Assembly: GCA_002811645.1 (NCBI GenBank)
Contig: PDIP01000037.1
Coordinates: forward strand, 1 to 64,000
From: Corallochytrium limacisporum Hawaii
Lineage: Eukaryota; Protista; Pluriformea
Length of the DNA: 64,000 bases
Direction: 5' to 3'
Shown: piece after piece, positions 33,176 through 42,708 of the stretch
How positions within the stretch are numbered: position 1 is the stretch's first letter
Layout of the letters: each line of letters begins with the position of its first letter
Notes under the pieces: generated by a model
The model's database searches: none
What the model was told of the DNA's origin: nothing
The model's input: only the letters and a program-made list of their open reading frames with translations
Program-made: the position numbers and the translations under genes

Positions 33176-33933
33176 CCTGTACGAGCGCGCAGATCCACGG
33201 AAACACACGGCGAGAGTTCCATTTTTCTCTCCTGGCCTGCAAAATTTGCCTGTCTTCGGTATTTCGGGATTGTATGGGTTCCGGGGACGAGACGGAACCC
33301 ACCAGAGGGGGGTGATGATCAAGGCCATCAGGACCGAAGGTTGGGACGAGAGATCTGCACAGTCTGAAAGTTCCAGCCAGTACAAAGGTCTGCGATAGAA
33401 AGACCCTACTGTAAGTACCTGCACAGGGCGCCCGGTGGAGATGAGATGTGTGTGATGGCGGAGTAACGGGGGCCCGTAGGGCACCGGAGGAGAGGGCACT
33501 TCGTCGTCCTTGCGGGAGAACTTTTATTGCTCCCTCTTTGTGTGTTGCGGTCGGAAAATAAAGAGGCAGCACGAGAATCGATGAAGTGTATTAATATTCT
33601 AGGGAAAACAAATTTTGCTGTGAACCATAGACAATCCATGTCTTCCGAAGAAGCAAGACAACTAGTCATACTGCGAGCAAGCGTCCTTCTGCGACTGAAT
33701 CCCGACGTGGAATCCTAGGAAAGGTACGAGAACATTGACTTCCTCGCGTCAAACGACGATAAAATAACTGTGGATCCACTCGCGATAACAAAAGTAAGAA
33801 AACCCCATCGGGAAAAGCGAAGAAGTCCAGCGGTGACAATAGCGGACGAGGACAATATGTACTGTAAATGAATCCGTAACCCTGACTGCGAGTAGCCGGG
33901 GAAATTTTGCCATCGGACAGACTGTGACAGAAC

Positions 33934-35163
33934 ATGCCTGGAAACGGTTCGGTGCCTGTGGATACGATGCAGACCGGACCTACACCTTGGGACGATGCAC
34001 AAATTGTGCTGAATCTCACTGAACAAGAGATGATCACACGGTATTCAAAACCATACTTCGAATGGAAGCCACCAAAAGACCCTGTGTCTGCTGAGGCAGT
34101 GCTCAATTTAATGGAGAATGAACCGGAAAATCTCCTCCTGCTTGACTGCAGGTCTTTGACAGACTATCAGCGCGCTCACCTGAAGGGCAGTGTCAACTTG
34201 TTGCTGCCTCCTATCCTTATGAAGCGGGCTATAAAGAACGGTGACAAGGTAGACATTCGCAAAATGTTGTGCGGAACGAAAGCAAAGGACGTCGTTGACA
34301 AGCTGCACACAAAGCGGGTCATCCTGTTTGATAGTCAATGCCGAAATCCTGAGGACACCAAATCTACATTAGGATATGCGTTGGAGACTTTACATGGTGA
34401 AACTCCCTGCTTGTGGTACATAGAGGGCGGCATTGAAAGCTTTGAGCATGCAGCAGGGCTGACCCAACAATATGGTCTACAGGTCAACGAGCCTTTCGAT
34501 AGCCCGGATAGTGATATGGGGCCTTCCGCTTACCACGATGCCATGCAACTTCGCTTCGAAAGGCAGCTAAGTTCAAAAGTACCCAGTGATGACGAAACAA
34601 GTGCCAGACCGGCCTCAGGGATGCGTACCATAACACCTTCACACATTACCTCAGATCACACTGTAACGGAGGTTTTGCCGTTCTTGTACTTGTGTAGCAT
34701 CGACGCCATTCAAAATCGGGAGAACTTGAAGCGGTTGGGAGTTACTGATATTCTCAACGTTGCTACCGAGGCTGAGATACCGGATGATGACAACGGCACT
34801 TACAATGTGCGCAAAATCAGCCTCCTGGACACTGCTGAGGAGGATCTCACTGGCAACATTCGGGAGGCCATTCGCTTCATTGAACACACACGCATTACCG
34901 GTGGAAAGTGCATCGTCTACTGTGTGGCTGGAAAGAGCCGCAGTGCTGCCATAGTCATTGCGTACCTAATGAAATACTGCAACATTCCGCTGAATGACGC
35001 TTACACCATGCTCAAGGACAAGCGTCCCGGCATTGCACCGTCATTCAACTTCCTTGGCCAGCTTGACCTTCTTGAGAACGATCGCAACAGCGGAAAGCCG
35101 CATCCGTTCGAAATCAATCCTCTCCGCGCCAGCTACTCTGAGGATAAGATTCAAATGAGCTAA
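33934..35163 (+). CDS. MAP kinase phosphatase (rhodanese/CH2 plus dual-specificity phosphatase)
   Basis: LLLLDCRS..YQRAHLKGSVN, KIM-like LMKRA, YIEGG; DSP domain EVLPFLYL, YCVAGKSRSA, AYLM, PSFNFLGQL. Confidence 0.92.
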   Translation: MPGNGSVPVDTMQTGPTPWDDAQIVLNLTEQEMITRYSKPYFEWKPPKDPVSAEAVLNLMENEPENLLLLDCRSLTDYQRAHLKGSVNLLLPPILMKRAIKNGDKVDIRKMLCGTKAKDVVDKLHTKRVILFDSQCRNPEDTKSTLGYALETLHGETPCLWYIEGGIESFEHAAGLTQQYGLQVNEPFDSPDSDMGPSAYHDAMQLRFERQLSSKVPSDDETSARPASGMRTITPSHITSDHTVTEVLPFLYLCSIDAIQNRENLKRLGVTDILNVATEAEIPDDDNGTYNVRKISLLDTAEEDLTGNIREAIRFIEHTRITGGKCIVYCVAGKSRSAAIVIAYLMKYCNIPLNDAYTMLKDKRPGIAPSFNFLGQLDLLENDRNSGKPHPFEINPLRASYSEDKIQMS

Positions 35164-36340
35164 CCCCTGTTAGTCACGACCATGAACTAGATCAATCAAA
35201 ACCAAGAACGACCAATGAAATCTGACATCGCCCATTGCTTGAGTTGTGCATCTGCAAGCAGCAACTCCCATTCCATCTTCCTACGTAGCCATGAACATAA
35301 CATGTATCATACATATTCCTGATCAATAAATGGATCTGATAATGTCAATAGTAGACAAAAGCATGAGTTTCCTTGCGATTTCGGTGCTCTCGACCTTGAA
35401 TGACGGGTTGCTTCTTGATCCTCCGGCGCCTGCGCATTCTCGCACCCACTCCCCGTCTGCGATTCTCCATGGACATCGCTATCGAAAATGATGCGGAAAG
35501 AAATGCGACGAAAAGCTTGACTCTCAGTACTGGATGACGGCGCAAAACGAAAAACAGATAGCCCGGAGAGCGCAGAGGACCGAGTCGGAAAATAAAACAG
35601 ATCCCTAATCCCAAGGGTGAGCAGACGTGGAACGGGAACGATTTCTTCATCAATCCACTCCCCTTTTCCATTACCACCGCTTGGAGGTTGGAGGAGCTGG
35701 GAAGGGCGGGAAGAGGAGGTTGGGTTGGTTGTGGGTGGTACCGCCGTCTCTTACTGTCCGAAGACCTGGGACGGGGAACCAAAAAAAAGCAGATGCTCGG
35801 TATTTCAAAGATTCTCATAAAAGTATATCATAATGGGGACGGACAAAAGACGAGGCCCCCCCCTCCCTCGGGGGAGCATGGCAATACTAAATGTACACGG
35901 CATGGAAATACTATGCGTTGATTGGCCAGAAACGGTCTGTGGAGGATGTTCGGGCGCGGATAGGGTCTCTAGGCCACTCGCGGTCGTGGGAGGAGGGGAC
36001 CGAGAGGTGAAGGGACCGAGGGGTAAGGGAGCCTTTTGCAGGCTTGGGTGCCGGGTAACACAGGACGAGTCGTTGGGAGTGTACTTTCGGTTCCGAGGAG
36101 TGGCTTGAGGAGAGTCTGACGTCCGATAGTAATAACGTCACAAACTATTTGATCACTGGAAAAACTATATGGGACACCCCCGTGGAATTCAGGAAAACAT
36201 GCTAATCTGGTACATGAATGTAGAAAGAATAGACGGGTAACAGGGAAGCCCTAGTGACAAGACGGACAGAGCGCAGTGTGAGTCACCAAACATTAGTAAG
36301 CGCTTGTCGTTGACGGACTGAGCCCCTACACATAATAAAT

Positions 36341-37222
36341 ATGGCATCTTTGCGGAGAGCGGGTACCCTTAGTGATGGTGCTGTGCACAAGTGCAAGGCC
36401 CAGGTCTTCACTGCCAACCAGGGAAGCTGGCAGCCGAAGACCAGTGTTGCCATCACCATTTCAGTACTGCACCATGCATCCAAGGAGACACGGCGCATTC
36501 TTGGTATGCACAATAAGGAAGTCATTGTAAATAGTGCTATCGAGGAAGGACAGAAACTTGAGAAGTTGAACGAAGTGTTTGCCAGCTGGACCGACCGCCT
36601 TGGAGAGATCATTGGTCTGCAGTTCTTGGATGCGGAGACGTGTGACATCTTTGGCCGTGTGTTTGCAGAGAGTGTGGAAATGGCAGCACGCCGTAATGGA
36701 TCCTATAGCAGTCTTCCACGGTCCTCGCAGGCCACTCTCGCAGAAGAGCCGGAGAGTGAGGCTGCTGGTGATATTGAGGACCTCAAACGTCGCGTCGCTG
36801 AACTGCTGCGGGAGAAGGATGACATGGCAAAGGTCCTGGCTCATGAGCGCGAGAAAGTGGCCAGACTGGAGAACAACGCGGGCCATTCAGCAGCTGCAGG
36901 AGGCAGTTTAAGCTCGGTGCCGAGTGGAGGGGATGTTTCACAGGATCTCGTCAACCAAAACGCTGCCCTTCGTGAAGAGAATAACAAGCTCAAGGTCGCC
37001 ATGGCACGATCTCAGGCTAACGTAACCACGTGGCAGAAGGAGATTCGCACTCTGAAGAACAATAATGCTCGCCTGGTGGCAGCATTACGGGAGGCCACGT
37101 CGAACAGTGAGACATGGCGCAACACGCTGATGGCCATGATTGACCAGAACACGAAACTCAGCCAGAAGTTCCAGGATCTGCAGGACGTACAGACCCGATT
37201 CCACACCATCCTCAAAGCATGA
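36341..37222 (+). CDS. HOMER: Homer-like scaffold (EVH1/WH1 plus coiled coil)
   Basis: EVH1-like KAQVF..SW.P..VIVNSAI..FASWTD..GLQF, and Homer coiled coil ANVTTWQKEIRTLKNNNARLVAALREA. Confidence 0.85.
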   Translation: MASLRRAGTLSDGAVHKCKAQVFTANQGSWQPKTSVAITISVLHHASKETRRILGMHNKEVIVNSAIEEGQKLEKLNEVFASWTDRLGEIIGLQFLDAETCDIFGRVFAESVEMAARRNGSYSSLPRSSQATLAEEPESEAAGDIEDLKRRVAELLREKDDMAKVLAHEREKVARLENNAGHSAAAGGSLSSVPSGGDVSQDLVNQNAALREENNKLKVAMARSQANVTTWQKEIRTLKNNNARLVAALREATSNSETWRNTLMAMIDQNTKLSQKFQDLQDVQTRFHTILKA

Positions 37223-37440
37223 GTTGTGGGTAACTGTCAAGAATGATATAACAAACAAAGACAAAGACAGTCAGAGGTGGAAATACTTCCTAACCCCGAT
37301 TGACTATGAATAACAATGCTTTACGAAATATGGATAACAGTTTAAGTTGAAGAGTAGTGCGTTGAGAGACCTGATTAGCGTTTTCCTCATGACTTGGTAC
37401 ACGTACACGGTGCACAGATGCCGGTTAGTTGCTTGCTTAC

Positions 37441-40005
37441 TCAAATTGGGAACTCTGGCAAGACAAGGTAGTTGTTGCGATCCACGGTGCCGTCCTCCTT
37501 CTCATTCTCCACGAATGGTTCCGCGGCATTGCACAGGTAGTTGCCGTCCACAATGTACTTGTACTCATATCGTCCGGGGGACAGGCGCACTGGGGAGCCA
37601 CTGACATCACCGCCATCGTAGTTGTCTAGCTCAAACTTCTCCGTCCAATTGTCCCAAGACCCCATAATCTCAACCTTTAGTCCTGGTTTGGGCACAATGT
37701 TAATCTTGGTCTCTGCCATAGACTTCGTGGCAGTTGCCGTACCACCGTTGATGCTCATCTTCTGCTTCAGGTCATGCTCTGCTAGCGCAATATCAGCCTC
37801 GTGGGCGACACCAGTCCATTTGAACATGACCGGGACACCGTCGTGTAAGGGTTCACGCAGGTACTTACCGCAGCGCTGAAATTCACGATACCATTCCATG
37901 GCCACCGTCGACAGGTCCATCACCGAGGCACGGGCATTGGAGCGCAACTGATCGTACTGATCTTTCTGCCGGAAAATGTTCAGGGAACGCTCAATTGCAT
38001 AGATTAGGTCACCTTCGGTGTGTGCCTCCATGGTGAAACCGTTGCCCTTCTGTGTATGCACCATGTACTCATGTACCGTGTCCTTCAGGCCTCCGGTGCG
38101 GTAGGCAATGACTGGTGTACCAGCGACGAAGAACTCTTGCTGCACAATGCCGCCAGGCTCAAAGAGACTAGGCATGAGACCAAAATCGGCGCCCAGGTTG
38201 GCCACTGGTCCGTCAGTGAAGAATTCGTCCGGCTTGGCCCAGAAACAGTGCTCATACTGACCCCGAAGGTGCCATGACTGCTCTGTGGCAGCCCGAGAGT
38301 ATTTGGAATTGTCACCCATACCACCGACCAGGAATTGCACCCGTCCTTGGTGATGATGCACAAGATGTGGCACAATATTCAGAATCAAATGTACGCCCTT
38401 CTGTTCCGTAATGCGACCGACAAAGCAGAAGAGGGGAATGTCCATCTGTGGCTCGTGCATACCAAAGTACTTGCGCTGCAGGTATGCCTTGGCCTCGTAG
38501 TGGTCCTTGAAGGGCAGCGACTTGAGTTTGGCCTCACGATTTGCCTCGTTGATGCCGTTGACATGGGCAAAGGGACGGTGGAAGCGACGCAGAAGGGGTG
38601 CCACGGGCTTACCTTCTTCCATCAAATTGGCACGGTAGGTCGGGCTGACTGTGCCCCACTGGTCCGCACACAGCAGAGCCGCCCGACTCGGACTCACAAT
38701 GGTCTTCTTCCAGTACGGATCGCAGACTAGGTTCTCGTGCAGATGGTGAATGTGGTTCAGGGTACCCTCCGACGGTTCCGGATAGAGACGGCCCTGGTAG
38801 TCCTCCTCAAAGTTGTGAAGAATGTGGAAGAACTGGGTTTCGTTGAACACATCCCCGAAGGGACCACGGCGAGCGTAGGCTGGTACCATGCCCGTAAACC
38901 AATCGTTTGTGACTACCATGTCCGGAATAATCCGTTCCACGCACAACAGCTCCAGAGAGGCCTTCGCCATGAGCACAATCATCTGCATAGAATAGGTGGA
39001 CGACTGCGAGTCCGGGTACGGCTGGGGGAAGAAGGTAGGGTTGTGTAAGAAGTAGAGCTTGGTGCGGTTATAGTATCCAGCATGTACACCCAGTGTAATC
39101 CGCTCGTTGCCCACCCATGTATGAATGTTCCGGGTGTAAGTGATGCCATCTTTCTTCAGATAGTCGTACTCACCCTTTTTGTTGCGATCGTAGAACGGGG
39201 ACACGACAATGATGTCCAGGCCCAGCAGTGAAAGACGCTGGGTCAACTCCTCGACCATCACTCCAAGCCCACCGATGGTGGAGAACTTGCCCAACTCCGG
39301 AGTCATGAAGACAATGCGCCGCAGACGCGCCTTCTTGACAATGTCCCGGGCTAGTCGCTGCACAGAGCCTGGCTGTAATCCGGGAGGGTCGAGGCTGATC
39401 TGTCTTTGCAGGCTGGCGGCGGGCTTAATGCGCTTAGTCAATTCCAGGAGCCACCCAAGCACATTCTCCTGTGTCCGCTGCTGCGGGTTGTCCTCACCAT
39501 CCCGCTCAACAGCTGCGACGAACAGGCCGATCCTCAGCGCACTGGCGACGATCTTAAATGTGTGCTCGTTTTGTACCCTACGAATCTTCGGGAGGTCTGG
39601 GCCACCGTCGCTCTTGTCTCCGTCTGTGTTTTTGGATACTACCAGGGGATACATGAGCTTCTTGAGCATTAGGGCCATGGAGGACCGCATCTTGTCCTCA
39701 CTTTCCACCGCATGCTTCAGTACGGTCTTGTACAGCAGATTCTCCCTATATTTGTCCGGATCACCGCTCTTCAGACCATCCAATAGTGCATCCAGGGTCT
39801 TGTGATAAACATTGAGCATAAACACAGTATCATTTTCGGAGTCCTCATTGACCTCGATCTTCTGTCCCTCAGAGAAGCTCTGTGACGCGAGCCAGATGGC
39901 ACGGACCTGATCTTTCACATCGATGGCTCCACCATTTTCACTAACGGACTCGAGAGTCTTTACGATCTGCGACTGCAGAGTATCCCACAGTTGACCATTA
40001 ACCAT
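37441..40005 (-). CDS. GT5 glycogen/starch synthase with C-terminal CBM48-like domain
   Basis: IVFMTPELGKFSTIGGLG, TNDW, TVSPTY, NGI, FVGRITEQKG, MPSLFEPGGIVQQE, RTGGLKDT; C-terminal VEIMGSWDNW...GRYEYKYIVDG. Confidence 0.92.
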   Translation of the reverse strand: MVNGQLWDTLQSQIVKTLESVSENGGAIDVKDQVRAIWLASQSFSEGQKIEVNEDSENDTVFMLNVYHKTLDALLDGLKSGDPDKYRENLLYKTVLKHAVESEDKMRSSMALMLKKLMYPLVVSKNTDGDKSDGGPDLPKIRRVQNEHTFKIVASALRIGLFVAAVERDGEDNPQQRTQENVLGWLLELTKRIKPAASLQRQISLDPPGLQPGSVQRLARDIVKKARLRRIVFMTPELGKFSTIGGLGVMVEELTQRLSLLGLDIIVVSPFYDRNKKGEYDYLKKDGITYTRNIHTWVGNERITLGVHAGYYNRTKLYFLHNPTFFPQPYPDSQSSTYSMQMIVLMAKASLELLCVERIIPDMVVTNDWFTGMVPAYARRGPFGDVFNETQFFHILHNFEEDYQGRLYPEPSEGTLNHIHHLHENLVCDPYWKKTIVSPSRAALLCADQWGTVSPTYRANLMEEGKPVAPLLRRFHRPFAHVNGINEANREAKLKSLPFKDHYEAKAYLQRKYFGMHEPQMDIPLFCFVGRITEQKGVHLILNIVPHLVHHHQGRVQFLVGGMGDNSKYSRAATEQSWHLRGQYEHCFWAKPDEFFTDGPVANLGADFGLMPSLFEPGGIVQQEFFVAGTPVIAYRTGGLKDTVHEYMVHTQKGNGFTMEAHTEGDLIYAIERSLNIFRQKDQYDQLRSNARASVMDLSTVAMEWYREFQRCGKYLREPLHDGVPVMFKWTGVAHEADIALAEHDLKQKMSINGGTATATKSMAETKINIVPKPGLKVEIMGSWDNWTEKFELDNYDGGDVSGSPVRLSPGRYEYKYIVDGNYLCNAAEPFVENEKEDGTVDRNNYLVLPEFPI

Positions 40006-40092
40006 TGTGTCTAGCGTATGACAAACTAAAAGACAAATAAATGATCACCTATCTAACCCAGAGATCTCCGTTGGAACATGCAGCTGTGATCT

Positions 40093-40208
40093 CTACAGGT
40101 GATTGTTAATCTCGCGGGTGACTATATCGCCTGGAGACAAGAGGTGAGTATCCTACAGCTCACTGTGGTATCTACACTCTGCTACCCGTGGCTCTCGCAT
40201 TCTCATAC
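40093..40208 (-). other. Candidate 5'-UTR intron of the glycogen synthase gene
   Basis: CAG|GTATGA donor, ATTAAC branch-like site (40110-40105), TAG acceptor. Confidence 0.4.
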
Positions 40209-40599
40209 CTGCTCAGCTCATGCCATCCGAGTAGCTTAGTCTTTCCCAAACATACAAACGCGGGTCTGCTTCGTGCCCCCCGGTACCCTCCAGCCCCATA
40301 CCAAAAACACTCTGCACTGGACCGGGGTCTTAGAGATTGCAAACTCCCCACCCTTCCCTCCCGACCTCCCCCCCGGGGAATGGGGGACTCGTCCTACCCG
40401 TTTTTGGGCGGTCCCGTCATTGGGGACAGTACTATTACTGCTACTACTGTACTACCAATACCACTACCAAATCGCTATGGCCGCAAAAGTTCGGAGTTTG
40501 GTGTATTCCAAAAGGCGAGATATTAAGGAGCAAGCGGTGTGCCGTGTTGACACACTATGCCGCTGCGCTCATTTTTTTGTTTGGGTTCCCAGATTCCTC

Positions 40600-40940
40600 C
40601 CTCGTCCCACTATTCGCATGGGCCGTGGCGAGGCTAGACCAACAGATTCCGTCACATCATGCACTTGCTTCTGCGTATGGAGACGTGGTATCCAATAGTG
40701 TGGGTGAGTCTATCAATGTAAGAATGTGCTCAACCAAGTATTGAGTGCAATATGGTAAGCTTACTGTCGCTCTTCGTATTCGTGTCGCTCCTTTCGTAAG
40801 CGGGCCTCCCACAGTACACATACGCAAATCTCAGCGGATCGATTTGTGACGTTTCAGACCTGTACTTCATCATTCCCCATAGACAGGAGTAATGAAATTT
40901 GTCACTAAACCTGAAATTAAGGCCCCGCGCTAGGTAAGTT
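40600..40940 (-). ncRNA. Candidate expanded U1-like snRNA
   Basis: In U1 order: ACUUACCU (40939-40932), stem with a 10-nt GAUC loop (40840-40831), AUUGCACUC (40751-40743). No clean Sm site. Confidence 0.35.
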
Positions 40941-42708
40941 CATTTATTGGATTTAGTTGGGAATTTTAGGTTATCAGGTTATTGGGTTTGTGTGACATTG
41001 GGGAGCGTAAGGGAACCGCTTACTGCCTGGAGGGCAAGGTTCGAACAAGCACATGTCGGCAAATGATCTTGATTTCCCCGTCTTTATGGTGACATCCCAT
41101 CTCATCTTCCGTTATCGATCTAGTAACTGTCTCACTCGACCTCATAGGACCCGTGTTGGACATCCCATGAACAGCTGCATCGACGGGCGGGCCCGCCTGG
41201 CAAGAGACGACATCCTAGCGGCGCGGTGCAATGGCTCACCAGAAAGTCCGCGACGTCCCTAGTCAATGTCTGGCTACACGGGAAGAAAATCTCGAGAGAG
41301 CGCATTCCTATTGTACACAGTTGAGACAGATAGTAGCAGCGTAACCTGGCCAATCTGGGGACCCGGTGGAGTTTTGGGAGGGCTGCTCCTAAGCGCGTGT
41401 GTGGGATATTTGGTAGGGCCCATGGAAGTAGCAAAAAAACCAATTAGGTAATGCGGCGGTAGCGCTTCAAACCCTATCGACACCTGGAACACCACGGGAA
41501 AAACAGAAGAAGATTTTTTTGGTTCAAGACACGAACAACTGACAGTATGCTGAACCATTCTCCTTTGGATGCGAAAGCTCTGTGATCCTTGCGCTACAAT
41601 TTTTGCCGCGTAGGAGTGGTGTATGTGAGATCTCGGCCGCCCATGGCCGTGGTGATGGTCGTTGCATCTCCATAAATTTTCCTTGACCTTTGGGGCGTGG
41701 GGTCCCGGAGAGTATGACCACAAGTTCGCTCCCTCTCACACTCGCTGTGGGCTGCTTTGTGTTCGCCTTTCTTGTAATCTGCCGGAACTGCCTGCCCATG
41801 GATGGATAGTGGGATGTTCCACGGGCTTTCACCACTTTAGGCAATGGTGGGTAACACATGGGCGAATTAGCTGTATATCCACACACACCAACACCGAAGG
41901 GACTTTCATCTCTTATGCACATATTAGTCGCAAGGAAATACATGGGGTGGCGCTACCAGTTCCCTCAGTGAACCCTACGTTGAAGGAATTGTGGACGGCG
42001 AGAAAAAGGAGAGAAGAAACTCAGATCGTAGGGAGAGGGGAGGGGGGGAGGGGCCTGTTAGCCGGTCGGCGGTGGTGGAATGGAAGTAGCCCCTGACCTG
42101 GTTCGGCTGATAATCCATTTGCTGAGGCTGTGTCCCTTCCATATCTGTACTGGTACCGGACCAAGTTTTCTCTTATTTGGGTTCTGTAAGCTCGCGGTCG
42201 CTTGGGAAAGGGCGGGGTTTCAATCGCATTTTGCTGTACGGGCGGGCGGCACTGCCATAAGTTTTTCTTTGGGTGCGGCAGGACCTTAGTAATGGGACGG
42301 TGTACGGAGTTTATATACTTTGAGGGATGGGCGTCCCGGTTTTGAAAGTGGAGCCCCCAGGAGCATTGTGATAGGGAGCGCAACCACTCGTCGGATGCTC
42401 CTTTTCTCATCAACCGGCATCAATGAGTGCGAGAACGCCAGAGATTTCGGATGGCATACCTCAATATAGACTGATCGACAGTAGCATGACCTGCGTGCGA
42501 TAGTGGTTGGTAGCGCTACGGCGGATAGGGGTGCTAGTAACCTACATCTTATTTGAAGAACAACCCCTCTATTTGCCAGCTGGGCTGCTGCATGAGTGTT
42601 TCGTCAACATTAAATGTGAGTTTTGAGGTGCCAATAATATCACTAAACAGCGGAGCAATTGAGTGCTGAAATGGAAGGAGGTTGAGCTTCGTACGCATAT
42701 TTTCTTGA

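Noticed and set aside
40506-40524. Minus-strand TCTCGCCTTTTGG resembling the U2 5' end or U5 loop I
   Set aside because: Lacks U2 GAUCAAGUGUAGUA and the U5 UUUUAC loop and stem.
41000-41052. GGTTCGAAC T-loop/B-box-like motif
   Set aside because: No T-stem or cloverleaf; not a tRNA.
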